From Alkalilimnicola ehrlichii MLHE-1 (GTDB lineage: Bacteria; Pseudomonadota; Gammaproteobacteria; Nitrococcales; Halorhodospiraceae): 32,000 nucleotides of DNA. The stretch is taken from the NCBI RefSeq assembly GCF_000014785.1, contig NC_008340.1, forward strand, positions 2,850,001 through 2,882,000. Direction: 5' to 3'. This document shows positions 19,568 through 27,975 of this stretch, in pieces (position 1 is the first letter of the stretch; each line of letters begins with the position of its first letter). Made by a program: the position numbers and the translations under genes. The notes below the pieces were generated by a model that was not told the DNA's origin, did no database searches, and saw only the letters and a program-made list of their open reading frames with translations.

Positions 19568-21319
19568 ATGCATACCGTGATCGCACTGGTCCTGCGGCGG
19601 ATGCGGGGGCCGCTGTTGCTGGTGATCGGCGCTTACGCCATCGCCATACTGGGGCTGGTCCTGATCCCCGGGGTGGACGACCAGGGCGAGCCCTGGCGCA
19701 TGGACTTCCTGCACGCCTTCTATTTCGTCACCTACACCGCACCGAGCATCGGCTTCGGCGAGGTGCCCTACGACTTCACGCCCGCCCAGCGCCTGTGGGC
19801 CCTGGTCGCCATCTACCTCACGGTCATCACCTGGTTCTACGCCCTGGTCACCATCATCGCCCTGGTCCAGGATCGGCAGTTTCGGGAGACGGTCACCCAG
19901 ACCCGCTTCAGCCGCACGGTGCGCCACCTGCGCGACCCCTTCTACCTCATCTGCGGCTATGGCGACACCGGGCATCTTCTGGTGCGCTCGCTCACCGAGC
20001 GCGGCCTGCGCGCCGTGGTGCTGGACATCCGTCAGGACCGGATCGACCTGCTCGGCACCCGGGACCTGGTGAGCTACGTACCCGGATTGCGCACCGACGC
20101 CGGCCAGCCTACCGCTCTGCTGGATGCCGGCCTGCAGCATCCGTGCTGTGTCGGGGTGCTCGCTGTCACTGACAGCGACCACGCCAACCTGCAGGTCGCT
20201 ATCAGCAGCAAGCTGCTCAACCCCTCGCTGCCCGTCATCTGCCGGGCCGAGAGTGAGGAGGCGGCCGGCAACATGGCCTCGTTCGGCACCGACCACATCG
20301 TCAACCCCTTTGAGGCCTTCGGTGATCGGCTGGCGATGGCCATCCGCAGCCCCCGCATGCACCAGGCCTACGAATGGCTCTCCAGCATGCCGGGCTCCCC
20401 GCTGGTGGAACGGCCCCGCCCTCCGGCCGGCACCTGGATCATCTGCGGTTACGGCCGGCTGGGCCGCGCGGTACACCGCTACCTGGACGATGGCGGGGTT
20501 GCCACCAGGGTGGTCGACGCCACGCCGGAGGAGAGCGGCGCGCCTGAAGCAGCCATCGTCGGCAAGGGTACTGAGGCCCACACCCTGGAGGCCGCCGGCG
20601 TCAAGTCGGCGGCGGCCATCCTCGCGGCCACCACCGACGATGCCGACAACCTGTCCATCATCATGACCGCACGCGATCTCAATCCCGAGATCTTCCTCGG
20701 GGCCCGCAACAACCAGCTGGCCAACAAGGCGGTCTTCCGGGCAGCCGATTTACACCTGCCCGTGGAACCCAGCTACATCATCGCCACCCGCATCCTGTCG
20801 TTGGTCAATGCCCCGCTCCTGCCCGACTTTCTCCGCTTGGCGCGGAAGAAGGAGCCGGCTTGGCACGCCAACCTGGTGACGCGCATGCGCCTGGTGTCCG
20901 GGGAAATGGTGCCGGAGATCTGGACCCTCCGCCTGGGCGAAGAGTGTTGTCCCGTGCTGATCGCGGCGTTGCGCGAGGGCCTGATCAAGCGGCTGGGCCA
21001 GCTCTTACGCGACCCCGGCGACCGCGAGGCCCCGCTGGACGTCCTGCCCCTGCTGCTGACCCGCAGCGACGAGGTGCATCTGGTGCCGGAAGAGGACACC
21101 GTGATCGAACCCGATGACCAGGTCCTGCTTTGCGGCACGGCGAAGGCGCGCCGCCAATTGGAGACGAGCCTCCACAACATCAACACCTTGCGCTACCTGG
21201 GGACCGGCGAGCTGAGGCCCGACGGCTCGCTCTGGCGCTGGCTGGCCCGGCGGGCCCGCAGCCGGGACCGGGCAACGGATGAGGGACAACCGGCAGCGGA
21301 TACAAAAAAGGCGCCCTGA
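19568..21319 (+). CDS. Two-TM K+-channel-like protein with two RCK/TrkA-N domains
   Basis: TM1 (LLLVIGAYAIAILGLVLI), a pore region (FYFVTYTAPSIGFGEVP) and TM2 (LWALVAIYLTVITWFYALVTIIALV). Two Rossmann GxGxxG modules follow (ICGYGDTGHLLV and IICGYGRLGRAV). Confidence 0.85.
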   Translation: MHTVIALVLRRMRGPLLLVIGAYAIAILGLVLIPGVDDQGEPWRMDFLHAFYFVTYTAPSIGFGEVPYDFTPAQRLWALVAIYLTVITWFYALVTIIALVQDRQFRETVTQTRFSRTVRHLRDPFYLICGYGDTGHLLVRSLTERGLRAVVLDIRQDRIDLLGTRDLVSYVPGLRTDAGQPTALLDAGLQHPCCVGVLAVTDSDHANLQVAISSKLLNPSLPVICRAESEEAAGNMASFGTDHIVNPFEAFGDRLAMAIRSPRMHQAYEWLSSMPGSPLVERPRPPAGTWIICGYGRLGRAVHRYLDDGGVATRVVDATPEESGAPEAAIVGKGTEAHTLEAAGVKSAAAILAATTDDADNLSIIMTARDLNPEIFLGARNNQLANKAVFRAADLHLPVEPSYIIATRILSLVNAPLLPDFLRLARKKEPAWHANLVTRMRLVSGEMVPEIWTLRLGEECCPVLIAALREGLIKRLGQLLRDPGDREAPLDVLPLLLTRSDEVHLVPEEDTVIEPDDQVLLCGTAKARRQLETSLHNINTLRYLGTGELRPDGSLWRWLARRARSRDRATDEGQPAADTKKAP

Positions 21320-21331
21320 AGGGCGCCTTTT
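21304..21331. terminator. Bidirectional rho-independent terminator between the channel gene and the OmpA-family gene
   Basis: AAAAAAGGCGCCC-tgaa-GGGCGCCTTTT. The channel's TGA stop (21317-21319) lies in the loop. An A-run and a T-run flank the stem, so it can work on both strands. Confidence 0.8.
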
Positions 21332-21355
21332 CGTCCGAAGGTGAAGGGTGACGCC

Positions 21356-22006
21356 TCAGCGCACGCCCTCCACGTGGATCTCCACCCGGCGGTTGGGTGC
21401 CAGGCACTCGATCAACGCGGACCCGGACAGGTTGTCAGGACACTCCTTGACCGGCCGGTCCTCACCGTAACCACGGGAGGTGATCAGGTTGTCGTCCACC
21501 CCCTGCTGGACCATGAAGGTCCGCACGGCGGCGGCACGGCGCTCGGACAGTTCCTGGTTATAAGCGGCGCTGCCGATATGGTCGGTGTGGCCATTCACCC
21601 GGATACTGTCGACCCGCTCCATGGCGTTGATGCGCTCGATGACATTGCGCAGGTTGGCGCGGCCACCGGGGGTGAGCTCGTCGCTGTCGAAGCCGAACAG
21701 CGCCTCGCTGTCGACGCTGATCCGCTCCAGTTCGGGCTCCGGCTCCGGCTCGGGCGCCGGCTCGGGCTCGGGCTCATCCAGGCATGCGGGCGGCTGAGTG
21801 GCCGTCTCCCAGGTCACCCCCCAGCAGAGCCCGAAGCCGCTGCGCACTTCATTGCCCCGGGTGTCGGTCAGAAACCCTTGGCCACTGTCGTGCCCGCCGG
21901 CAAACGCCGCGCCGGATACCGCCAGCATACCGGCCATCACCAGGCCGGAGCACATCGCACCCAGGCCGGTGCGTCGATATCCTTCGTTGTTGTTCTGCAT
22001 CATCAT
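21356..22006 (-). CDS. OmpA-family (OmpA_C-like peptidoglycan-binding) protein with a (PE)n linker
   Basis: The track start at 22036 is a TTG. The ATG triplet at 22006 has GGAG 6 nt upstream. There is a signal peptide (..GLVMAGMLAVSGAAFA), a linker (EPEPEPAPEPEPEPE), and the OmpA_C motifs ALFGFDSDELTP..VNGHTDHIGSAAYNQELSERRAAAV..GYGEDRP..NRRVEI. Confidence 0.88.
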   Translation of the reverse strand: MMMQNNNEGYRRTGLGAMCSGLVMAGMLAVSGAAFAGGHDSGQGFLTDTRGNEVRSGFGLCWGVTWETATQPPACLDEPEPEPAPEPEPEPELERISVDSEALFGFDSDELTPGGRANLRNVIERINAMERVDSIRVNGHTDHIGSAAYNQELSERRAAAVRTFMVQQGVDDNLITSRGYGEDRPVKECPDNLSGSALIECLAPNRRVEIHVEGVR

Positions 22007-22125
22007 TCCGTGCTCCAAACGATTTTGGGAAATCAAAGGTCAGGGTCTGGCTACAACCCCTCAGCCCCTGCCGTGAAAGGTAGACCATTACCAGCGGCCT
22101 GCTCAAGCAGATATTGCGCAATGTC

Positions 22126-23154
22126 TCATTCTGCGCCCGGGCGGTCCCTACTGTACTCGAAGGCGTCGTAGAAAAACCGGTCCTCCGGCAGGCCGTGGGC
22201 CACCAGGTCCCGCCGGGCGGCGGCGATCATGGCCGGTGGCCCCGCGGCGTAGACCTCGTAACGGGAGAGGACGGGAATATCCTGCAGCAGCACGTTGTGG
22301 ACCAGGCCGACGCGCCCCTCCCAACGGTCGTCGGGCCGGGGCTCCGAGAGCACCGGGACATAATGGATGTGGTCGTGCTCGCTGGCCCAGCGGCGCGGCA
22401 GGCCGTCCAGGTAGAGGTCGCGGCGGGCGCGCACCCCCCAGTAGATGTGGATGGGGCGCTGGATCCCCACATAGATGGCGTGCTCCACCATTGCCTTGAT
22501 CGGGGCAAAGCCGGTCCCCCCCGCCAGCATGATGATGGGCCGGTCGGATTCCTCGTCCAGGCTGAAGGTCCCCAGCGGCCCCTCGATGCGCAGGAGGGCC
22601 TTTTCCTTGAGCTCATTGAAGACATAGCCGGTGAACTCGCCCCCCGGCACATGGCGCACGTGTACCTCCAGCAACTCGTCGTCGTGGGGCGGGTTGGCCA
22701 GGGAGAAGCCGCGCCGGCGGCCGTCGCGCAGCAGCACGTCGATATACTGCCCGGCCAGGTACTGCAGGCGCTCATTCTGGGGCAGTTTGAGCCAGAGCCG
22801 GCGCACGTCGTGGGCCAGGTCCTCGATCCGCACCACCCGGGTCGGCATCGTGCGCGGGGTCAGCTCGCCGGCCTCGCGCAGTTCGCGCACCTCGATACTG
22901 AGGTCGGTATTCGGCTGCGCCTGACAGAACAGGGCCTGGCCCACCGCCTCCTCGGTATCGCTGAGGGCCTCGGGCCGCCCCTCCGGGTAGGTCACCTCGC
23001 CGGAGACCACCTTGCCCATACAGGCGCCGCAGGTCCCGCTGCGACAGCTGTAGGGCAGGATCAAGCCGTGGCGCAGGGCCGCCGTGAGGACGGCCTCACC
23101 CGGCTCGACGGTGAACTCATGACCGGTGGGTTCGATAAGGACCTTGTAGCTCAT
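22126..23154 (-). CDS. 2Fe-2S ferredoxin fused to an FNR-like NAD(P)H-flavin oxidoreductase (Fre/AscD-like)
   Basis: The track start at 23181 is a TTG. The ATG at 23154 gives MSYKVLIEPTGHEFTVEPGE..CRSGTCGACMGKV (plant-type 2Fe-2S). This is followed by RGFSLAN (FAD site RxYS-like) and MLAGGTGFAPI (NAD(P)H site). It lies immediately downstream of ubiD. Confidence 0.85.
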   Translation of the reverse strand: MSYKVLIEPTGHEFTVEPGEAVLTAALRHGLILPYSCRSGTCGACMGKVVSGEVTYPEGRPEALSDTEEAVGQALFCQAQPNTDLSIEVRELREAGELTPRTMPTRVVRIEDLAHDVRRLWLKLPQNERLQYLAGQYIDVLLRDGRRRGFSLANPPHDDELLEVHVRHVPGGEFTGYVFNELKEKALLRIEGPLGTFSLDEESDRPIIMLAGGTGFAPIKAMVEHAIYVGIQRPIHIYWGVRARRDLYLDGLPRRWASEHDHIHYVPVLSEPRPDDRWEGRVGLVHNVLLQDIPVLSRYEVYAAGPPAMIAAARRDLVAHGLPEDRFFYDAFEYSRDRPGAE

Positions 23155-23182
23155 GCAGTCATCCCTGTGGTCGTGGTGCAAT

Positions 23183-24649
23183 TCAGTCTAATCCCAGCTT
23201 AGGCCAGAGCGCATCGACCCGCGCCCGGGTCTCGTCATCCATGACAATAGGCCGCCCCCACTCGCGGTCGGTCTCGCCGGGCCACTTGTGGGTGGCATCG
23301 AAGCCGATCTTGGAACCCAGGCCGGAGACCGGCGAGGCAAAGTCCAGGTAGTCAATAGGCGTGTTATCGATCATCACGGTGTCCCGCTTGGGGTCCATGC
23401 GCGTGGTCATGGCCCAGATGACATCCTTCCAGTCGCGGGCGTTCACGTCGTCGTCGGTAACGATAACAAACTTGGTGTACATGAACTGGCGCAGGAAGGA
23501 CCACACGCCCAGCATCACCCGCTTGGCGTGGCCGGGGTACTGCTTTTTCATGGTGACCACGGCCATGCGGTAGGAGCACCCCTCCGGCGGCAGGTAGAAA
23601 TCGCTGATCTCGGGGAACTGTTTGCGCAGGATGGGCACGAAGACCTCGTTGAGCGCCACCCCGAGGATGGCCGGCTCGTCCGGCGGCCGGCCGGTATAGG
23701 TGGAGTGGTAGATGGGGTCGCGGCGGTGGGTGATGCGATCCACGGTGAACACCGGGAAGTGGTCCACCTCGTTGTAGTAGCCGGTGTGGTCCCCAAAGGG
23801 CCCCTCCGGTGCGGTGTCGTCCGGGTGGATGTGCCCTTCCAGGACGATCTCCGCCGAGGCGGGCACCTGCAGGTCCGGGCCCAGGCACTTGACCAGCTCG
23901 GTCTTGCTGCCGCGCAACAGCCCGGCGAAGCCGTACTCGGACAGACTGTCGGGCACCGGGGTGACGGCCCCCAGGATGGTGGCCGGGTCGGCACCGAGGG
24001 CGATGGCCACGGGGAAGGGTTCGCCCGGCCGCTCGCGCTGCCAGTCGCGGAAGTCCAGCGCCCCGCCCCGGTGGGCGAGCCAGCGCATGATGGTTCGGTT
24101 GCGGCCGATCACCTGGTTGCGGTAGATGCCCAGGTTCTGGCGCTCCTTCTCCGGGCCGCGGGTCACCACCAGCGCCCAGGTGATCAACGGCCCGGCGTCC
24201 CCCGGCCAGCAGGTCTGCACCGGCAGCCGGCCCAGGTCCACGTCATCGCCCTCCACCACCACCTCCTGGCAGGCGGCACGGCGGACCTTTTTCGGGCCCA
24301 TGTCCAGCACCTTGCGGAAGACCGGCAACTGCGACCAGGCGTCGCGCAGCCCCTTGGGGGGTTCCGGCTGGCGAAGGAAGGCGAGCAGCTCGCCGATCTC
24401 GCGCAGGGCGGAGACGTCCTCGGCCCCCATGCCCAGGGCCACCCGGCGCGGCGTCCCGAAGAGGTTACCGAGGACGGGCATCCTGTACCCCTTGGGCTTT
24501 TGGAACAGGATGGCGGGGCCTTCGGCGCGCAGGGTGCGGTCGCAGACCTCGGTCATCTCCAGCCGCGGGTCCACCTCGACGTCGACCCGGCGCAGTTCGC
24601 CGTCGGCCTCCAGCTTGCTGATGAAGTCGCGCAGATCGCGGTATTTCAT
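23183..24649 (-). CDS. ubiD: 4-hydroxy-3-polyprenylbenzoate decarboxylase UbiD
   Basis: The ATG at 24649 has AAAGGA upstream. [41 protein letters not shown].. is collinear with E. coli UbiD. The 50-aa extension from the track start at 24799 is Arg/Pro-rich and not UbiD-like. Confidence 0.93.
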   Translation of the reverse strand: MKYRDLRDFISKLEADGELRRVDVEVDPRLEMTEVCDRTLRAEGPAILFQKPKGYRMPVLGNLFGTPRRVALGMGAEDVSALREIGELLAFLRQPEPPKGLRDAWSQLPVFRKVLDMGPKKVRRAACQEVVVEGDDVDLGRLPVQTCWPGDAGPLITWALVVTRGPEKERQNLGIYRNQVIGRNRTIMRWLAHRGGALDFRDWQRERPGEPFPVAIALGADPATILGAVTPVPDSLSEYGFAGLLRGSKTELVKCLGPDLQVPASAEIVLEGHIHPDDTAPEGPFGDHTGYYNEVDHFPVFTVDRITHRRDPIYHSTYTGRPPDEPAILGVALNEVFVPILRKQFPEISDFYLPPEGCSYRMAVVTMKKQYPGHAKRVMLGVWSFLRQFMYTKFVIVTDDDVNARDWKDVIWAMTTRMDPKRDTVMIDNTPIDYLDFASPVSGLGSKIGFDATHKWPGETDREWGRPIVMDDETRARVDALWPKLGLD

Positions 24650-24832
24650 GGGCCGTCCTTTCTGACTGTTGGCGTCGGTTGATGATAGCACTCTGGCGCC
24701 ACCGACTTTACGGGGCCGCCCCGGGGCGCGAATGGCGCGGCGGCAGCGGCGGGCGGGTTCTGATAATCTGGTAGGCGCAGGCCTTGCCTGCAGTCGCATG
24801 GAGCGAGACCCACCACAACAAGGCAGGACGCC

Positions 24833-25306
24833 ATGGATTTACTGGAACCCGTATACCGTCCCGGTGGTACCTTCTTTTTCACCCTGGCCACCGGGCGCCG
24901 TCAGCCCCATTTCCGTAACCCCCTTCAGGTGCAGTACCTGCGCACGGCGTTGCGCCAGGTGATGCGCGACCATCCCTTCCACATCGTCGGTGCGGTGGTG
25001 ATGCCGGACCATCTGCATACGGTGTGGACGTTGCCGGACGAGGATCATGCCGGGCGCTGGAAGCGGGTCAAGCTGCGGGTGTCGCGCGCGGCGGGGTTAC
25101 GGGGGTACTGGGACCCGGCGGTGCGCAGTCTCCCGCTGGAGTCCCCGGCGGCGCTGCGTGAGACCCTGGACCGCCTGCACGCGGACCCGGTGCGCCACGG
25201 CCTGGCCGACGCCCCGGCGGACTGGCCGCAGAGCTCCTTCCGGTTTTGGGTCAAGCGGGGCTTGTATGCCCAGGACTGGCAGCCGGAGCCAGCCGGCACC
25301 CGGTAG
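24833..25306 (+). CDS. REP-associated tyrosine transposase (RAYT, IS200/IS605 Y1 HUH family), possibly catalytically degenerate
   Basis: ..[46 protein letters not shown]...[35 protein letters not shown] is collinear with RAYTs such as E. coli YafM (..GGTWFFTV..LPEHMHCIWTLPEGD..DYIYINPVKHGWV..DWPFSTFHRDVARGLYPIDW). HUH is present as HLH. Confidence 0.8.
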   Translation: MDLLEPVYRPGGTFFFTLATGRRQPHFRNPLQVQYLRTALRQVMRDHPFHIVGAVVMPDHLHTVWTLPDEDHAGRWKRVKLRVSRAAGLRGYWDPAVRSLPLESPAALRETLDRLHADPVRHGLADAPADWPQSSFRFWVKRGLYAQDWQPEPAGTR

Positions 25307-25376
25307 GTCGCACGGTTTGGTCACGGGATGCTGCGCTTTGGCGGAAGCGAGATCGGGTAATTGGGCTTGAGTGATC

Positions 25377-25498
25377 GGCTCGTTGGCCGGCTGCGATGAG
25401 GCTCGTTGGGCGGGTGCGGTCTGTTGGTTGGGCGACTGCGATCAGGCTCGTTGGGTGGAGCGGTCTGTTGGTTGGGCGACTGCGATGGGGCTCAGGAC
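25377..25498. repeat. Degenerate ~45-bp tandem repeat (about 2.7 units)
   Basis: Units start at 25377 (partial), 25400, 25445 and 25489. Unit sequence: GGCTCGTTGGG(C/T)GG(G/A)(T)GCGGTCTGTTGGTTGGGCGACTGCGAT(C/G)(A/G). The last unit runs into the left arm of the adjacent palindrome. Confidence 0.85.
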
Positions 25499-25606
25499 GG
25501 GGTGCGGCGGTGGTTCGGGTGCGAATACGCCGTGAACCCATCCATGGGGGCTCGTAGGCAGCATCCCTGCTGCCTACGATTCGCACCCGAACCACCGCCG
25601 CACCCC
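25499..25606. repeat. Palindromic element: 28-bp perfect inverted repeat enclosing a GTAG-hairpin
   Basis: The left arm GGGGTGCGGCGGTGGTTCGGGTGCGAAT (25499-25526) is the exact reverse complement of 25579-25606. The inner hairpin has 10-bp arms, CGTAGGCAGC/GCTGCCTACG (25553-25578). Confidence 0.9.
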
Positions 25607-25801
25607 TCCAGATGGTCGGCTTTGGGCTTTCGGATGGCTGCTGAGGGGGGTGTGCCGGGACACGACCTGCACCAAGCGGCACTTCACCCCATCTTTGAGA
25701 GACCACGGGAGACACCAGCGCAGGCCGGGGTTGGGGGTTGCGATGGCCGTATCCTCAGACCTCGACACCCAATGCCGACAACGAACCTCCCAAAGCAGAG
25801 G

Positions 25802-27841
25802 TCACGCCGCCAGCCCGGAATGCCGCAACAGGGCGTCGATCCGCGGCGCCCGCCCGCGGAAGTTGCGGAACAGCACCATGGGGTCCTCGGAGCCGCCCTT
25901 CTCCAGGATGTGGGTCATGAACTCATGCCCGGCCTGTTGGTTGAAGATGCCCTCCTCCTCAAACCGCGAATAGGCATCCGCCGACAGCACCTCCGCCCAC
26001 TTGTAGCTATAATAGCCGGCCGCATAACCGCCGGCAAAGATATGCCCGAAGCTGTTGGCAAAGCGGTTCCACTCCGGCGGCCGGACCACCGCCACCTGCT
26101 CGCGCACCTCCTCCAACAGCGGATAGATGCGCGCGCCCCGCTCCGGGTCATACCCCGCGTGCAGGCGGAAATCGAACAGCGAGAACTCGAGCTGGCGCAC
26201 CATCTGCATGGCCGACTGGAAATTGCGCGCCGCCCGCATACGCCGGAAGAGATCCTCCGGGATCCGGGCCCCGGTCTGATAGTGCGCCGCGAACAGATCC
26301 AGCGCCTCGCGCTCCCAGCACCAGTTCTCCATGAACTGACTGGGCAACTCCACCGCATCCCAGGCAACCCCGCGGATCCCGGCCACCGCCGGCGCCTCCA
26401 CCCGGGTCAGCATGTGGTGCAGCCCGTGGCCAAACTCGTGGAACAGCGTGGTCACCTCGCCGTGGGTGAGCAGTGCCGGCTGGTCGCCTACCGCCGGCGT
26501 GAAGTTACAGGTGAGATAAGCCACCGGCACCTGCACCCGCTCCCCCTGGCGCATCCGCGCCCGGCACTCGTCCATCCAAGCGCCGCCGCGCTTGTGGGGG
26601 CGGGCATAGAGATCGGTGTAGAAGGCCCCGCGCAGATCGCCGTCCCGGTCGCGGATCTCGTAGTAGCGGACGTCCTCGTGCCAGACGGGCACGCCCTGGC
26701 GCTCCTCAATATGCAGGCCGTAGAGCCGCTGCACCACCTCAAAGAGCCCGGCCATCACCCGCTCGGCCGGGAAATAGGGACGAAGGTCCTCGTCCGAGAG
26801 TTGGAAGCGGGCCTGGCGCAGCTTCTCCGAGGCATAGGGGATATCCCAGGCCTGGAGGTCGGTCAGACCCAGCTCCTCGCCGGCAAAGCGGCGCAGCTCG
26901 GCCAGCTCATCCTCGGCGCGGGGCCGGGCGCGCTCAGCCAGGTCATTCAGGAAGCCCAGGACCTCATCGGTGGAGCCGGCCATCTTCTTGGCCAGGGAGA
27001 GTTCGGCGAAGTTGTCGTACCCCAGCAGCCGCGCCTTCTCGTGGCGCAGGGCCAGGATCTCCTCCATCAGCGGCAGGTTGTCCCATTGGCCGCCGTGGGG
27101 CCCCCGCTCGGAGGCCCGGGTGCTCCAGGCCTCGTAAACCTCGCGGCGCAGCGCGCGGTCGTCGGCGTAGGTGATGACCGCGAAGAAGCTGGGGAACTCC
27201 AGGTTGATCCGGTAGCCCTCGACTCCGGCGCGCTCAGCGGTCTGCCGGGCCAGCGCCAGGGAGGAGTCGGGCAGGCCGGACAGGACCTCCGCGTCCGACA
27301 GGTCCTTGTGCCAGGCGTTGGTGGCGTCGAGTACGTTCTCGCCGAACTTGGCGGAGAGCTCGGACAGGCGTTGGGCGATCTCTCCGTAGCGTTGCTTCTG
27401 GTCCGCCGGCAGGTCCACGCCTGAGAGGCGGAAGTCGCGCAGGGCATTGTCGATGGTGCGCTGCTGGGCACTATCCAGCGCCTGGTACTCCTCACTGTCG
27501 CGCAGGGCGTGGAAGGCGGCGCACAGTTCGGCGTTCTGCCCCACTTCGGTGGCGTAAGCGCTGAGCTTGGGCAGACAGGCATTGTAGGCGGCGCGCAGCG
27601 CCTCGCTGTTAACCACCGCGTTCATATGCGAGACCGGCGACCAAGCCCGGCTCAGGCGCTCGTCGGCGGCCTCCAGCGGCGCCACCAGCCCGTCCCAGGT
27701 CCAGTCGCCCCGCTCCAGCACCTCACGCAGGGTCTGCCGGCAGTGGGCCAGCAACTCGTCGATGGCCGGCTCCACGTGCTCGGGCTGGATCTCGGGGAAG
27801 GGCGGCAGCGGCTCGTCGTGCAGCAGCGGATTGTCGCTCAT
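25802..27841 (-). CDS. prlC: Oligopeptidase A (M3 metallopeptidase)
   Basis: The track start at 27856 is a GTG. The ATG at 27841 gives MSDNPLLHDEPLPPF.., parallel to the E. coli PrlC N-terminus. The zinc motif is TLFHEFGHGLHHMLT. Confidence 0.93.
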   Translation of the reverse strand: MSDNPLLHDEPLPPFPEIQPEHVEPAIDELLAHCRQTLREVLERGDWTWDGLVAPLEAADERLSRAWSPVSHMNAVVNSEALRAAYNACLPKLSAYATEVGQNAELCAAFHALRDSEEYQALDSAQQRTIDNALRDFRLSGVDLPADQKQRYGEIAQRLSELSAKFGENVLDATNAWHKDLSDAEVLSGLPDSSLALARQTAERAGVEGYRINLEFPSFFAVITYADDRALRREVYEAWSTRASERGPHGGQWDNLPLMEEILALRHEKARLLGYDNFAELSLAKKMAGSTDEVLGFLNDLAERARPRAEDELAELRRFAGEELGLTDLQAWDIPYASEKLRQARFQLSDEDLRPYFPAERVMAGLFEVVQRLYGLHIEERQGVPVWHEDVRYYEIRDRDGDLRGAFYTDLYARPHKRGGAWMDECRARMRQGERVQVPVAYLTCNFTPAVGDQPALLTHGEVTTLFHEFGHGLHHMLTRVEAPAVAGIRGVAWDAVELPSQFMENWCWEREALDLFAAHYQTGARIPEDLFRRMRAARNFQSAMQMVRQLEFSLFDFRLHAGYDPERGARIYPLLEEVREQVAVVRPPEWNRFANSFGHIFAGGYAAGYYSYKWAEVLSADAYSRFEEEGIFNQQAGHEFMTHILEKGGSEDPMVLFRNFRGRAPRIDALLRHSGLAA

Positions 27842-27975
27842 GCTTGTCTCTCTCACTCGATCACTCGGAGCGGCCTGCCAATAAAACCCAGGCCGCGGGC
27901 TATGGAATGCGTCCAGTCTACTTCAGCAGACCGTTCAACGGGGGGCTTGGTTCGCGACCGCGGGGGATGGCGGGA

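Larger units (their letters stand above)
24771..25606 (+). mobile_element. REPtron-like locus: RAYT gene flanked by GTAG-hairpin (REP-like) sequences, a tandem array and a long palindrome
   Basis: Upstream: GTAGGCGCAGGCcttGCCTGC (24771-24791). Gene: 24833-25306. Downstream: a 45-bp tandem array (25377-25498) and a palindrome (25499-25606) enclosing cGTAGGCAGCatccctGCTGCCTACg (25553-25578). Confidence 0.65.

Noticed and set aside
21733-21776. Hexanucleotide-like repeat GGCTC(C/G) x7 inside the OmpA-family gene.
   Set aside because: It is coding low-complexity sequence, the (Pro-Glu)n linker EPEPEPAPEPEPEPE between the N-terminal region and the OmpA_C domain. It is not an independent repeat element.
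25377-25498. Considered whether the 45-bp tandem array could be a small CRISPR array.
   Set aside because: The units are directly adjacent with no unique spacers. They are degenerate rather than identical, and no cas genes are present in the window.
25251-25715. 154-aa minus-strand ORF spanning the tandem array and palindrome downstream of the RAYT.
   Set aside because: Its internal amino-acid repeats simply mirror the 45-bp DNA repeats. It has no RBS or domain and overlaps the RAYT 3' end on the opposite strand.
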